A DNA stretch of 64,000 nucleotides from Botryllus schlosseri (Eukaryota): contig CM119373.1 in the NCBI GenBank assembly GCA_051294905.1, positions 3,596,001-3,660,000 on the forward strand, in the 5' to 3' direction. Below, in pieces: positions 13,970 through 25,798 of this stretch (its first letter is position 1; each line of letters begins with the position of its first letter). Made by a program: the position numbers and the translations under genes. The notes beneath the pieces are model-generated. The model made no database searches. It was not told where the DNA came from and was given only the letters and a program-made list of their open reading frames with translations.

Positions 13970-14810
13970 TCTGATACGAAAGCTTGTTCAGTTGTTCACA
14001 GGGATCATATGATTTGTAGTAAGTCCGAACTTGAATCTGAATTCTTCCAGTCTAATCGATATACAGATCACATTGTGAAGTCCACCATTGACAAAAAACT
14101 AATTGACTTCAGAGCCACTAAATTCATTGGACCCGGTAAATGACCAGTATATTTACATTTACCACGGATTGGTAAAGTTTCTGGTAGATTTGAGAAGCAA
14201 ATCATGCCGTCTGTTTGTCAATGTTTCATGGGGGAACAGCCTGGGATTGTTTTCAGCACAAAATCTCTCTTTCCTGCAACACAGAAGGATGTACTACCTG
14301 CCTCAAAACAGAGTAGTATTATTTACAATTATACGTGCCGCTGCAACAGTCGGTATGTGGGCCGTACTTCACTTCGTTTGTAATAAAAAAAAAATCGACC
14401 AACATGTGCCCAAGCAGATTAAAAAACCAATGCTAATCAATGCAAAAGAAAATCAATGCTATTTCAGACAGTCAATCGCAGACAAGCACCCCTTCCTTGC
14501 GAGACTATGACCAGACCATTACATGTAACTCTGCAATAGGTCAGCACCTCCTTACGCACACAGAGTGTGCAAAATCATATAACGATAACAGATTTTCAAT
14601 TCTTGCTCGCGGACGTAGTCTGTTCCACATCATAGCCAATTTGTATTCCACCAATTGCATTTTTGCTTAACACTCTCGTTTTGTGAATTCTCTGGTTGTT
14701 GTTGTTATTTAATTCTTATGTCACACTACCTATTTCATCTTTATATTGCGAATTGCAATCTCCGTATTTACTGACGGCCACTCCCGACGAGGGTCAGTTG
14801 AAAAGCTTAA
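13970..14810 (+). mobile_element. Penelope-like retroelement 3' fragment (RT C-terminus + GIY-YIG endonuclease), decayed
   Basis: Reads VVHRDHMICSKSELESE...GPGK*PVYLHLPRIGKVS...QKDVLPASKQSSIIYNYTCRCNSRYVGRTSLRL...QHVPK...SAIGQHLL...FSILARGRS with stops and frameshifts. It is absent from the homologous intron of gene A. Confidence 0.85.
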
Positions 14811-16417
14811 GAGTGAATAAATTGCGAATATGAATGTGTTGTTTCGTTGCAATACTAATAACTACATAAAATGGAATCGATCATTGATAAAGACCGGGCA
14901 AAATATGGTCCAACGAAACAAGACCTTATCTCCGGAAGCAATATCATATTATCTTATGAATCCCTGTATTATCCGGCTCATGTGCAACAACATTGAGATT
15001 TTAAATATGAAATACTTCCAGTAAATAATTCGCCAAGACAGCAAATGTCGAACATATCCATAGGCCACATTATAACTATCCGAAAGCGGTTTTGCTGCTT
15101 CACTCTGGGCACCTTTAGGAACATTTCAATGACACTAATCACAAAGGCAAAAAACCAATACGAAACCTTTGTGAATAACGTTGCTGCTACATGAACCGTA
15201 TTTATGACCTGTAATATAATGTGTATTTTAGTACTATTATGTATTGCTTTAACAATAAAGCATTGCTGTGAAAAATCAATGTATGGATTTGAAGGTTACG
15301 TTTTGAAATCATTTGATTGGTGCGGGCCGCGAGAGACTAAAATGTCTGAATCGAGCCCGCGGCCCAAGTTCAGTTTGACACCCCTAGACCATAGACATGT
15401 TAAAGGTGACCGATAATTTCATGGCAGGTATCAAGTTGCTTTCTAGATGACAATCAACAATATTATCATCAATTCTAGAGGTAGGGGAATCTGGAGTGCA
15501 TTAGAGTTTATCTCAGGCCCACATGCCTCTTTGTTGGATATTCTCAAGTACTTTATAAGGCTTTTGTGTAATGCAAGCAAATGCGTTAACACATTATATC
15601 TATACACGATGCGTTGAATATATTTAAATTTGAAATCGGTAAACCAGAATAGTCTTATTATTGCTTGACAAATTTAGGTGGAAAAAAAAGAACTACTGCA
15701 ATCAGGACAAATGCCTTGTGTTCAAGAGAGGAAGTAATAAATACCCGAATGAAGATATATTGGCGACAGTCCGAGATGTGTTTCCAACATGCACCGAGTA
15801 CGATATAAAACAAAAAACAGGCGATAGGATAATTGCAACACCGGAAACGAAGTCATTTACGCTGAGATACATGGTTTTGGAAATGGTAATATTACCACCA
15901 ACTACACATGCTTCGCGAGATACCATAGCTTCAAGCATCACGGACCTTCTGTATGTATCAGGTAACGAAACTTGATCATTTTATTGTTACCCATTACATA
16001 GCAGCCACAGATCAGAATCAAGCTTCTAGAAAAGAGATGCCAATTAGCCCTATTCATTGATCCCTGACCAAAGGTTAGGACAAATTATTGTTCTCCTGAC
16101 TTGCGTAAGAATAATTGATAACTGACTAATGACGCATGCCGCTACGACGCACATGTTATCAAATCATGACATAACAACGGTCAAATCACAGTTCATAACT
16201 TGTAAACTGGACGTAATGATCGGATATATATATGTGCATTACGGTACGGCATGAACTGCATAGATCCATTGATCGTAAATGCTTGAATCACAAAATAATT
16301 CAAATTAAGGTGGTGGGGTATAATTTGCCATTATATGGCATAGAGTTACATTAAATAACAATGTTTTGATAATGTGGTTTTATGCCGGTACGCACTTCAC
16401 AACTGACTACAATATAT

Positions 16418-16840
16418 TAGGCTTACCATATTTTGAAAATGTAAAAAGAGGACACTTTTTCAGAAATTTGAAAGATGCAAAACCGGAGTAGAATTCGGAA
16501 AAACCTGTGAATTTTTCCCACCAAAAAGGTCATCACTTCTGAGCAGCCGTTTTGCACTCCACATTACCAGGTGGATGACTAAAAAAAAAAAAAAAAAAAA
16601 AGGGTCAACTTTTCGCTCAGAGCTAAATTCACCGGTTTTCACTCCGAAATATCCGCCGCAGCGTCACTTCTATGCTAATTTGCGGCATATCAGTCGCAAT
16701 TTGCTCTAAATCTGACCTAAATTTTCAAAAAAGAGGACAAAATCTCAAAAAAGAGGACAAAAGGGCGTCCTCCAAGGACACTCTCAAAAAAGTCAAAAAA
16801 GAGGACAAATCCTCTTAAAAGAGGACGTATGGTAAGCCTA
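16418..16840. mobile_element. hAT-type MITE, specific to gene B
   Basis: TIR TAGGCTTACCATA / TATGGTAAGCCTA, perfect 8-bp TSD CAATATAT (16410-17, 16841-48) and subterminal AAAAGAGGACA repeats. The empty site is in gene A at ~7985. Confidence 0.92.
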
Positions 16841-18164
16841 CAATATATTAATGCTGGTATTAGAAATATTGTGGATTTCACTTAGCAGTATTATTATGAA
16901 TGCCGTGTTCTTGATAGTTTCAGGTATTGTATATTTTAGTCTCAATCTTCATACTTACTCACACTGAGCATGGTCTTGTCTCTATTAATTTCAGACCAGC
17001 TACGGCTACATACGACGGCTACTGCTTTTGAAAGTGCTCCAATAACAGTCACCACTGTCTCCGCAAAAGATTCATGTAAGTTTGTAAATTTAAGGTACTG
17101 ATTATTTATAGTTAAGATGAATTCTGGAGTATTCTTGATCACATCAAATAAATAGCAGCTTCATAGCAACTTGACTAAATATCAATTTGGTGAAGTATGC
17201 TGTGCTTTTCCCTGCCATACCTATCTATAAACCAGCAGTGTTCAAGTAATACGGTTTCATATTGGTAAGCCATAGAGGATCTATCAGTATAAACAATGTT
17301 GCTGGCATTTGCATCAATTTAACTTGCTTTTGCTTTTCGCTATTAATATGGTGACTTTGGCATTGCTTATTGTACTGTTCAACCTTTAGTTTTCACCTTG
17401 ATCCTTCAGTATGCCGGGTATTGACTTGTCTATATTAATTTCATATCAGAAGTTACGACTACATGCAATCTTACGCTTAGATATCGTGTCCCTAACGCTA
17501 GCAATAGTGCATGTAATCACTTCAATTGCGTTAGAACTCAACTTTCTCATTAAGAATTAGTATCTTATAGGAAGCAGCTATGAATTGACTTTAGCTATCC
17601 CTAGTTACCATACATACAGACATGGTATTATATTTGACGAAATGTTAATTGCACATGGTAAGGTCATACTTGGTCACAAAAGGGGTTATTACAGATAGAT
17701 AAGTAGATAAGTACTTTTAGCAGTACATAACAGAACACTTTCATTGCTGATGATAATCCAGGATATTACGCTAACAGCAAATGTGTTGAATAGCTGATAA
17801 CGGGTAATATTTTCACACGATGTATCAATATTTCAGTTGGAACACCTACATCTGCCGAGACAAAACCAACTCTACCCGGAGAAATAGAAATTGAAACATC
17901 CAAGATAGTGCTACCAGAGGCAACAACAAGTATGCATGATTTTCATTTATGATCAATATAATAATGATAACCAAACATAGATTGGGCTACCATTTTTTGT
18001 TTCTTTACTCAATGCTTCTATCACAGAAGTCCCGCAAAAACCAACAACTAGACAACAGACAGTAATTGAAGGAACTGCCAGCGAAACAGCTTTAACTGAA
18101 GAGTTGTCAAGTAGGTCTTGCTATGTTAATAAATGCTACCTTGGTTAATCAGCCTTACACATGC

Positions 18165-19322
18165 GCACCGACAAGATAGTGAAGTGTCCGGCTTCTTGAT
18201 CAGTAGGTCATGGGTTCGATTCCCGGCCGTGTCAGACCAAAGACCAGTTTAGTAACACTATCCATGCCTTCCCCGCTTGGTGCTCAGCAGTACCGGGATA
18301 GCGTGGAAGGGTGGTGCAAGACTTAGAAACCCGTACAAAGCTATATCCGCACCTTCCTTATCCAACGGCATATGCACATCATGCACTCATGGTATGCATA
18401 TGCACAGATCATGTGTATCAATGTATGTACCGTAATTTTCCGAATGTAGTGCGCCCCCATGTATGATACGCACCCTTAAAATGACGTGTATATTCTGGGA
18501 AAAAGCTTGTACCCATGTATAGTACGCACCCTGCATTCGCAGTACATGAGTACATGAATAGTTACGGTTTAGTATTCGATGTTGTTCTGATTTGCGATGT
18601 CACTGTCGAACAATCATGACATAATGATCGCTAATCATAATACAATTAACGGTATTGTCTCTAAACAAGAGTAGATAGTAGCCAAAGCCTGTGAGGTCGG
18701 CGACGTGATAGTTCAGGCTAGCGACACACGACATCTTGCGCACGAGGCCTATTACAATTACAGATGCGATTGCTCAGGCCAACGGTTATGTCGGGCGCAC
18801 CAATCCTGTTTACGAAATCGATTATATGTTGCGTACATGGCCTCTAGTGTATGCGATTGTTAAGGCCTGTCATTGACGCGATGAATCCGCAAGGATTGCC
18901 GCCCACGCTTGTAGCATTCAGCGACCTGATTTCGCTCGCGTACAAACTGCAAACCAACTCAGCAAGAGATCGCGTGCTTTGCCAGACGACTCTCGATAAT
19001 TAGAAACACGCTTTTCGTTAATTGGCAACCCGCTTCTCTATTTGGCAGCGCGTCACACTCTATAATACGAATTACGGGACCCAATGGCTAGAGGTGATGC
19101 GCGATTTAAACAAACATGGAGAATGGTGTGATTTCAAGTTTTTGATCGAGGGATTTTTTTTCAATGCTTGCTGTACCCATGTATAATACGCACCCCCCTA
19201 TTTTAGGGCAAAAAATCGGTAAAATTTTGTGCATTATACATGGAAAATTACGGTATATCATGAGTAGGCGTATATGCCGCAAAAACGCCGAGGACAAAAA
19301 TAAACTATGTCCTTTCCTTCCC
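18165..19322 (+). mobile_element. tRNA-derived SINE (family 1) interrupted by a MITE
   Basis: B box GGTTCGATTCC at 18213-18223. The body matches 8930-9252, and the tail (GCCGCAAAAAC..GGACAAAAATA) resumes at ~19256 after the MITE. Confidence 0.75.
18430..19253. mobile_element. Tc1/mariner-pogo type MITE
   Basis: TIR CCGTAATTTTCC / GGAAAATTACGG flanked by TA on both sides. A second copy lies in reverse orientation at 37550-38638. Confidence 0.88.
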
Positions 19323-20939
19323 ATAATATATGTATATATACCTTCTGTACTTTTAAGTAGTGTTTCGAATTTTATTCACACTCCCTAAAAATCAGAAGAA
19401 AATTGCTCATAAGCACACGTCGGAACGGAGGTGCACCTTTTAGTTTTATGTGATCAATTACGTCGTGTTACTGATAGTAGGTCAGAGCTATAGATGCATG
19501 ATAAAATGCAATGCCACGTGTAATAGATTCAGAAGCAACACACAACTATGAGTCAACAACTGAATGGATCATATCAGAGCGAAACAACGATGCTGGACTT
19601 GATCATACATCTGCTCCTTCCAATAGTGACGTAGCAAGTATGGTTTTATATTTATTTACAACAGAAGTATGCAACCTCTCTCATTAGATTAGTGGTTACA
19701 CGACTAGATCTTGGTTGTGACTATCAACCTCAAGTTCTATAGTAACCGCATTACCCCTAATTTGAACGGTTCACTGAAATTGCGATAAAGTCAAATCTAT
19801 ATGCATTGTTCATTGTGCAGCAACATACCAGCATCAACGACCACATGTCACGAAATCTATAGTATTCATAAAGTTTGTGACAGATATTTGTAATTTAGGT
19901 TCTAAATAAAACGGTGAATCGATGTCTTTCCATATATTGTCATGGCAAGAGTCTTCTACGTTCACAAACTGTGAAATAGCCATATGTAGATGGAGATATT
20001 TACACATAAAGTTGAATGACACCAGGCGCAGCTATTTTCGGCCGACCATCTCGTTGCAGTTGCTCGTCAACTTAAGGGTTTAAGTTAACAAACAAACAAC
20101 CAATAATTAGCATGGAGAACTTAGGGTGGGTTTCAAATAGTCAACTTAATCCCTTTGTCGGGCTTAAGCTACACCCCTCAGGCTGAAGTCGGTTTCAAAA
20201 GTGTGACTTGAGGGGATTTCCCCTCCAGCGTGCGCTTAGTTAAGACAGATATCCAAGCCAGCTAGGGGGTAGGCTGAAGTCACCAGTGCTGGTAACTGTT
20301 GTGCTGGTTGTTGAAGGATACTGGCCGTTTTTCTGATGTATAGCTTGGCAAATCAGATTAGATCATTGTATATTGCTTTCAGGCAGTTTGGAACAATGTT
20401 TTTATCACAAACGTGACAAGTTGATGTCATACCGTTATATAGTGGGATTTACAGGGGAATGCTGCAGGGGTGTTCGTATACTGAACGGATTTCAGGTCAA
20501 ATGGATAGCCAGAGCCCTGATGCACACAGGACACATCAGCACTTCTTCCATACCCGCACCATATAGTATCAAGCAATGTTCCCCATGACCACTATAACCC
20601 GCGATCGCTGGCCCCAATCGATTCAGTTACGAATATGATATGACTGTGGTTACGAGAGAGGGGATGTGATATTTCAGGCAAGGCGTAAAGATGTGCCCTA
20701 CCGTTGGACTATTTCTATTGTGAATAATAATATATATTAATATCGTTGGGTTATATTTTTCATCTGAACAAGTCACAAACAATGTACAATGCAATAAGAC
20801 ACAATGCTATGAACAGATAGGAGGATGTCGAACGACACGCATCAGTAGCGATCCTCTACTCTAACATCCACCTCGGCCTAGAGTACCCGATGTCACAGTT
20901 CTTTTCGATGTTGATCTTTTTGAAGCGGAGACCTTTTTG

Positions 20940-21031
20940 TTGCCGTAAGAACGGATAAACCTCCGACAGGAATCGAACCGGGTCCGTCAGATTGGTGGAC
21001 GCTTATCGTTACCACTACGCTATCTCCCCTG
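20940..21031 (-). mobile_element. tRNA-derived SINE head (family 2) inside the Harbinger element
   Basis: Minus strand GGGGAGATAGCGTAGTGG (A box) ... GGTTCGATTCC (B box) ... GGAGGTTTATCC, shared with 42395-42502. No acceptor stem can be formed. Confidence 0.65.
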
Positions 21032-21623
21032 CCTATGTGGGTAAACAATAGTCAGCGATGCGAATCCGTTAAGGTAATGATGCTGATTAGTGGTCATGGG
21101 GAACATCGGTTAATATGGCACATGTATCGAAGAAGCACCGAGATTAGGTTGTGACGTCTTGTCTGCATCTTGCTGTCACCTTGTCATTGCAGTTTTCTGA
21201 CTCTTCAGAATTTCTTGGTTACCTCTTAAGCATGTCGGTGTTTTGACAGTTTGCCTTTGCTGGGGTCATAGCCAAAAAGTGAACGCATGACGCGTCATTA
21301 GAAAAATGAAAATATGTATCGTACATATTTGGTACAGTATGGCCTAATCAACGTTGCACGCAATTTTGCCAGATTGCATGGTTTTTATCTTGATTTCCAT
21401 TTTCGTCCCACCCATATGAGCGTTGTCGTAAATATGTTCAACCGCTGTTACTTTCAGCAATAGTGCTGACTATATGGAACTTTCATCAATATGTATATTT
21501 TTGACTTTATTAAATATTGCTGATGACGTAGGTATTGTTTTTACCAGCATTGTGCTCATACTCAATTTGGTCTAGTTGACTCTTTGGCTATCACCACTCA
21601 AAATTTATTATCCTGAACAAGCA

Positions 21624-23209
21624 ATGGCTGGCACTGCACGCGCTCCGAATTTCAGCATAGCTGAAAAAAATGGATTTATCGACTTGATTGGAAAATACCC
21701 CGTTTTGATTACCAGCAAAACTAGTGGACAGAACGATAAGGATTTTAGAAGGAATAAAGAAGCGGCCTGGCGCAAACTTGTCAGTGAATTCAATTCATCA
21801 GGAATTGCACAAGTGGAGAGAAATGAGGACAAGTTGAAAAAACTCTGGAAAAATTATTTGAAGAGCGATTGTAAAAAGCATGAGGCGCAACGAGTACGGG
21901 AGCAAAGAAAAACTGGTGGTGGAATACCTGACCTTCAACCAACTGCATCAGACATGATCTATGCCAAGATCAAAAGTAGGTGCTGCAGTAATCCATCATT
22001 CCTTGTGTAGACTACATAATAATTCAGGATTGTTTTTCACAGGTTTGATACCAAGTCAAATAAGTAGCATCCCCAGTCAATTTGATGATGATTCAATATC
22101 AGTACAAGTGCAACAAGAGTCATATGCAGGCTGCGAAACACAAATAGAGACGCCATCTTTCAGCACCACAGAAAATGTAGCAGGCATAGAACTGCCATGC
22201 TCTGAAATAGGTCTATATATATCTGTATATACACTTGAATGGTGATAACATGATCTAATACGATTTATCTTTAGGTTCTTCTGAAACTTCTATGGTCGAA
22301 CTTTTTTCCGTTCCGACACTGAACCGTAAGTATACAATACAATTTCTATTCACTGCTTGAGAATTTACTGGATATTTTCTGATAGATCCTAGTTCACCTG
22401 ATCTGTCAACGTCTGGGGTTGCAGTTGGAACTTCAACTTCTACTTCTACTTGCTCCGTCATGAACAATCCACTACCAAATCAAGGTAAATTCGCATTCAT
22501 TTCTGATTTAACCATTGTCTATTTCTGGGATGGCCGGACATTTGTGCGGCCGTCGACACGTAATTCAATTAGTATGTGCTTGCGGCCGTCAACATGCAAA
22601 TTGAATTTCGGAATTGAGAGATTTTAATTATTCTTGAAATTTTCAATTCGGCTTCATTTTTCAACTACAATATAGTAATTGAATTATGCAATCTGATCCC
22701 CAGAATATAGTAGCCTACAGATGCGAGCAGCAGAGGAAAATAATTCAGAATAGATTCACTTGAATTTTTCCAAATAAGCATCAGGGATCTTGACCACTAT
22801 AATTATGAAAACCCGCTTTACTTGCCAAAGCATGATAAAATCACTTTTCGCAGACCAGGAACGGACTTGAAAAGTGCTGGTCTACGGACCAGAGGTTGCC
22901 GACCCCTGCTATCAACTGCGGAATTTTGGACATATTGCAGCAATATAAATATCAACATTTTTTTTAAACTCATGGTATTTATCATTTTCATCTTTCCAAA
23001 CAGCTCGCTCTAAGCCTAAGGCCACCTATGAAGAAATGAGGTTGGATGTACTAAACGCTAAATTGGAGGAGAGCAAGGCTAAAAAAAGACTCCTGGAAAA
23101 GGATTTGGAAATGAGAGTTACGGAGACGAGAATGAGACAAATTGAGCATGATCTCAAAGTGAATCATTATAAAAAAAAGTCCGAGATGCTGGACAAAAAG
23201 TATCAGTGA
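21624..23209 (+). CDS. Harbinger Myb/SANT-like DNA-binding protein (291 aa predicted, 5 exons)
   Basis: Exons 21624-21975, 22043-22210, 22275-22325, 22386-22484, 23004-23209 (876 nt, all phase 1). N-terminal RAPNFSIAEK...AWRKLVSEFNS...LKKLWKN...RKTGGG Myb/SANT-like motif, Ser/Thr-rich middle, coiled-coil-like C-terminus. The exon-2 donor (GTCTAT) is weak. Confidence 0.85.
22525..22908. mobile_element. Decayed hAT MITE in the last intron of the Harbinger Myb gene
   Basis: Right end GGTTGCCGACCCCTG. The internal sequence aligns with the hAT element at 40146-41001 (e.g. ACAGATGCGA.CA.CAGAGGAAAAT). Confidence 0.7.
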
Positions 23210-23535
23210 ATTTTTGCTCACTGAATCCAGTGTCTGAACCAATTTTCTGTATACTTCGTTCAATTTCGTTGACACGCCATTCTTTTCTTGCCGAGGTTTT
23301 CCACACTGCTCATGCTATCCTGTATTGCAATTTATAAAATTGCTTCTACCGTTTTTCTACACCGCTTAAGCGCTTATGCTATCCTGCTATACTGTTTTAT
23401 GCTATCCTGCTATACTGTGTTAAACTTACTATCAGCCGCTATGCGAATTTTCATTTTTACATGACACACGCAATAAAGCTCATGTTTGTTTCTTTGTAAT
23501 TGAAATGGAATGTGTAGAAAAAGAATATTCATGGA

Positions 23536-24573
23536 TTAGTTTGAAAAGTGTCTCAAAATTATGCTTTGTCGCTCGGATTGTCCAGAAGGAGTCGATGCGA
23601 CATGAGGGTGGTCTGAAGCATCTGGTTCGAATACGTCATCAACTTCCGTTTCATCAGTCATCTGTCGTGTCCGAATTGCCAGATTATGAAGGCAGGTTAT
23701 GGCCACGACGATATTCGTGGAATTGCTGAGCTTGGTCCTCATCGGTATAGCTAAGGCAAAAAATCTTTTTTTCAGCATGCCAAAGCACTGCTCTATGCGA
23801 GAGCGGGTTACAATATGAGCGTGATTATACTTTTTTTCGGCCGATGTTCTTGGTGATAATAGTGGTGTAAGTAAGTAGCTCCTCAGTGGATATCCATTAT
23901 CCCCAAGCAAATATCCATCGATTTGATTATCTTCGAATCGATCACGGATCACCGAATTGTCAAAGATTCTTGAGTCGTGACAAGATCCATACCAACGTGT
24001 GACAATGTTTGTTACGACTCGCTGTGCATCACATATCATTTGAACGTTCAATGAAAAATAACCTTTTCTGTTCCGGAACACCTCTGCATTATCACCGCCA
24101 GGGGATATTATGGGTAGATGAGTACAATCGATTGCTCCAACAACGTTTGGGAAGCCTGCAATGTCATAAAATTCTTGCTTTACTTTGGCGAGGTCAGTAG
24201 GAAAATTCAAAAACAGGAGCTTCTTGCGGCATATGGCACGGGTAATTTTGTGAATGCTTCTGTGAGCAGTTACTTTGCTTATACCAGCTAGGTCACCATC
24301 AGTCTGTTGAAAATGGCCATCCGCGAAAAACCGTAAGGCGCAAGTTAGTTGTAGTATTGGCGGAAGAGCATGATCTCTGCAGGTCAATTCTTCATCATCT
24401 TTCAACAGCCCAAAAAGATAGTGAGTTGCGTCTTTTGAAAACCGGAATCGCAGTCTGAACTCGTTGTTCGAATACCTTTCGAAGGGGTTCTGAACATCTG
24501 CGAGATACTTTCTTGGCAGTCTGTACTGTTCATCATCATCGTCAGTAAATTCCAACAACTCCAGCAATTCCAT
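23536..24573 (-). CDS. Harbinger DDE transposase (HARBI1/DDE_Tnp_4-like), 345 aa from the likely ATG
   Basis: Single-exon intact ORF with VGAIDCTH, NRKGYFSLNVQ, GSCHDSRIF, LLGDNGYP and RSRIEQCFGMLKKRF. All three catalytic acidic residues are present. Confidence 0.96.
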   Translation of the reverse strand: MELLELLEFTDDDDEQYRLPRKYLADVQNPFERYSNNEFRLRFRFSKDATHYLFGLLKDDEELTCRDHALPPILQLTCALRFFADGHFQQTDGDLAGISKVTAHRSIHKITRAICRKKLLFLNFPTDLAKVKQEFYDIAGFPNVVGAIDCTHLPIISPGGDNAEVFRNRKGYFSLNVQMICDAQRVVTNIVTRWYGSCHDSRIFDNSVIRDRFEDNQIDGYLLGDNGYPLRSYLLTPLLSPRTSAEKKYNHAHIVTRSRIEQCFGMLKKRFFALAIPMRTKLSNSTNIVVAITCLHNLAIRTRQMTDETEVDDVFEPDASDHPHVASTPSGQSERQSIILRHFSN

Positions 24574-25681
24574 AATCCTCCACTGATCTCCTTTCATTCA
24601 TCCACGAGCAACTCAAAACAATAACAATCTGGCCTCGGTTCCGTGTTGAACTCGCTACAGCGACGAAGTAGACAGTAATTACTCGCAACTAACGGACTTG
24701 GCCGAGCGCGGCGCCAAATTGACATTTGAAACCGAATTAAGACCGCCGTCGCCTGGCGTCTCGGCCAAGTCATTCACTGGCCTTAAGCCAGGTCTAAATT
24801 AAGACAACTTTTTGAAACCCACCCTTAATATAATTAAATCAGGTACTACACATCAAACATGCTTTAGTAAATACTAATGACGCAATATTGCACGTAGTCA
24901 CTCTCTCGTTCGAGAGACTGCAAAACTATAGAATCTCTCTCGTTTGAATCAGACTCATTTTACGCTACCTACAACAAACATCGACGACGAATAAATCTTG
25001 TATTGAGCAATCTCTTGGTTCAAGAACTTACTACAGAGTTGACGTTAAGTTAAGTATAGCGCAATTACCTACAATACACAGGTTACGTTACTTTGCTACT
25101 TCAGGACGATACAACTGCATCGCGTAAAATCGTTGTTATTCAAAAAACATAAGAATCAGAGGATTGCTAGCTTTCCCTACAAACCAAAACGAGGCCACTA
25201 GGACATACAAAAATGAAGGTATGTCCAGCTGAAGTTGACCGATGCCACCAGTGGCGTGTTATTTCAGAAGGATAATATCCAAAGTACTCACAAAGTCTGC
25301 GATGTACACTTGTAATTTTGGCTTCAAATAAATCAGTGGATTGATGTCTTTCCATATATTGTCATGGAGCATATGTTCTACGAACAGAAACTGTTTACTA
25401 GCCGTATATAGAAGGATAAATCTACACATATAAAGTCAAATGACGTCTTCGATGGCGCCAGGCGCAACTATTTTCGACCGACCATCTCGTGTAAAATCAT
25501 TGGCATTCAAGAAATATTCGACTTATACCTATAAACCCGACATCATAAGAATCAAAAGATTGCTAGCTTTCCCTACAAACCAAATTGAAACCTCTTGGAC
25601 GTAGACAAATGATGATATGGTCGGATGAATTTGACCGATGCCTATAAAATGGATGATAAAATGCAATTCCATTTGTAATAG

Positions 25682-25798
25682 ATTCAGAACCAACGCACAA
25701 CTATGAATCAACAACTGAAGGGATGATATCAAAATCAGATCAAAATATCAACGCTGGAATTGATCATACATCTGGTGCTTCCAATAGTGACGTAGCAA
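25682..25798 (+). pseudogene. Duplicated copy of gene B stalk exon 8 with a destroyed splice donor
   Basis: NSEPTHNYESTTEG...SNSDVA parallels 19527-19637. The acceptor is intact but the donor reads GATGG instead of GTATGG. Confidence 0.8.

Larger units (their letters stand above)
20124..24824. mobile_element. Full-length PIF/Harbinger DNA transposon (4701 bp) in the last stalk intron of gene B
   Basis: TIR GGGTGGGTTTCAAA (14 bp perfect, 17/18 extended), TSD TTA at 20121-23 and 24825-27. It contains two convergent genes, a Myb/SANT-like protein and a DDE transposase. Confidence 0.97.

Noticed and set aside
20380-20540. RING-finger-like words (MEEVLMCPVC, TCHVC) on the minus strand of the Harbinger 5' region, suggesting a cargo gene
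   Set aside because: They are in different frames with stops and do not give a valid C3HC4 spacing, and no splice model joins them.
20960-21031. tRNA gene candidates (also 42432-42502 and 18170-18230)
   Set aside because: A and B boxes are present but no acceptor stem or proper cloverleaf forms, and each runs into shared SINE-like sequence.
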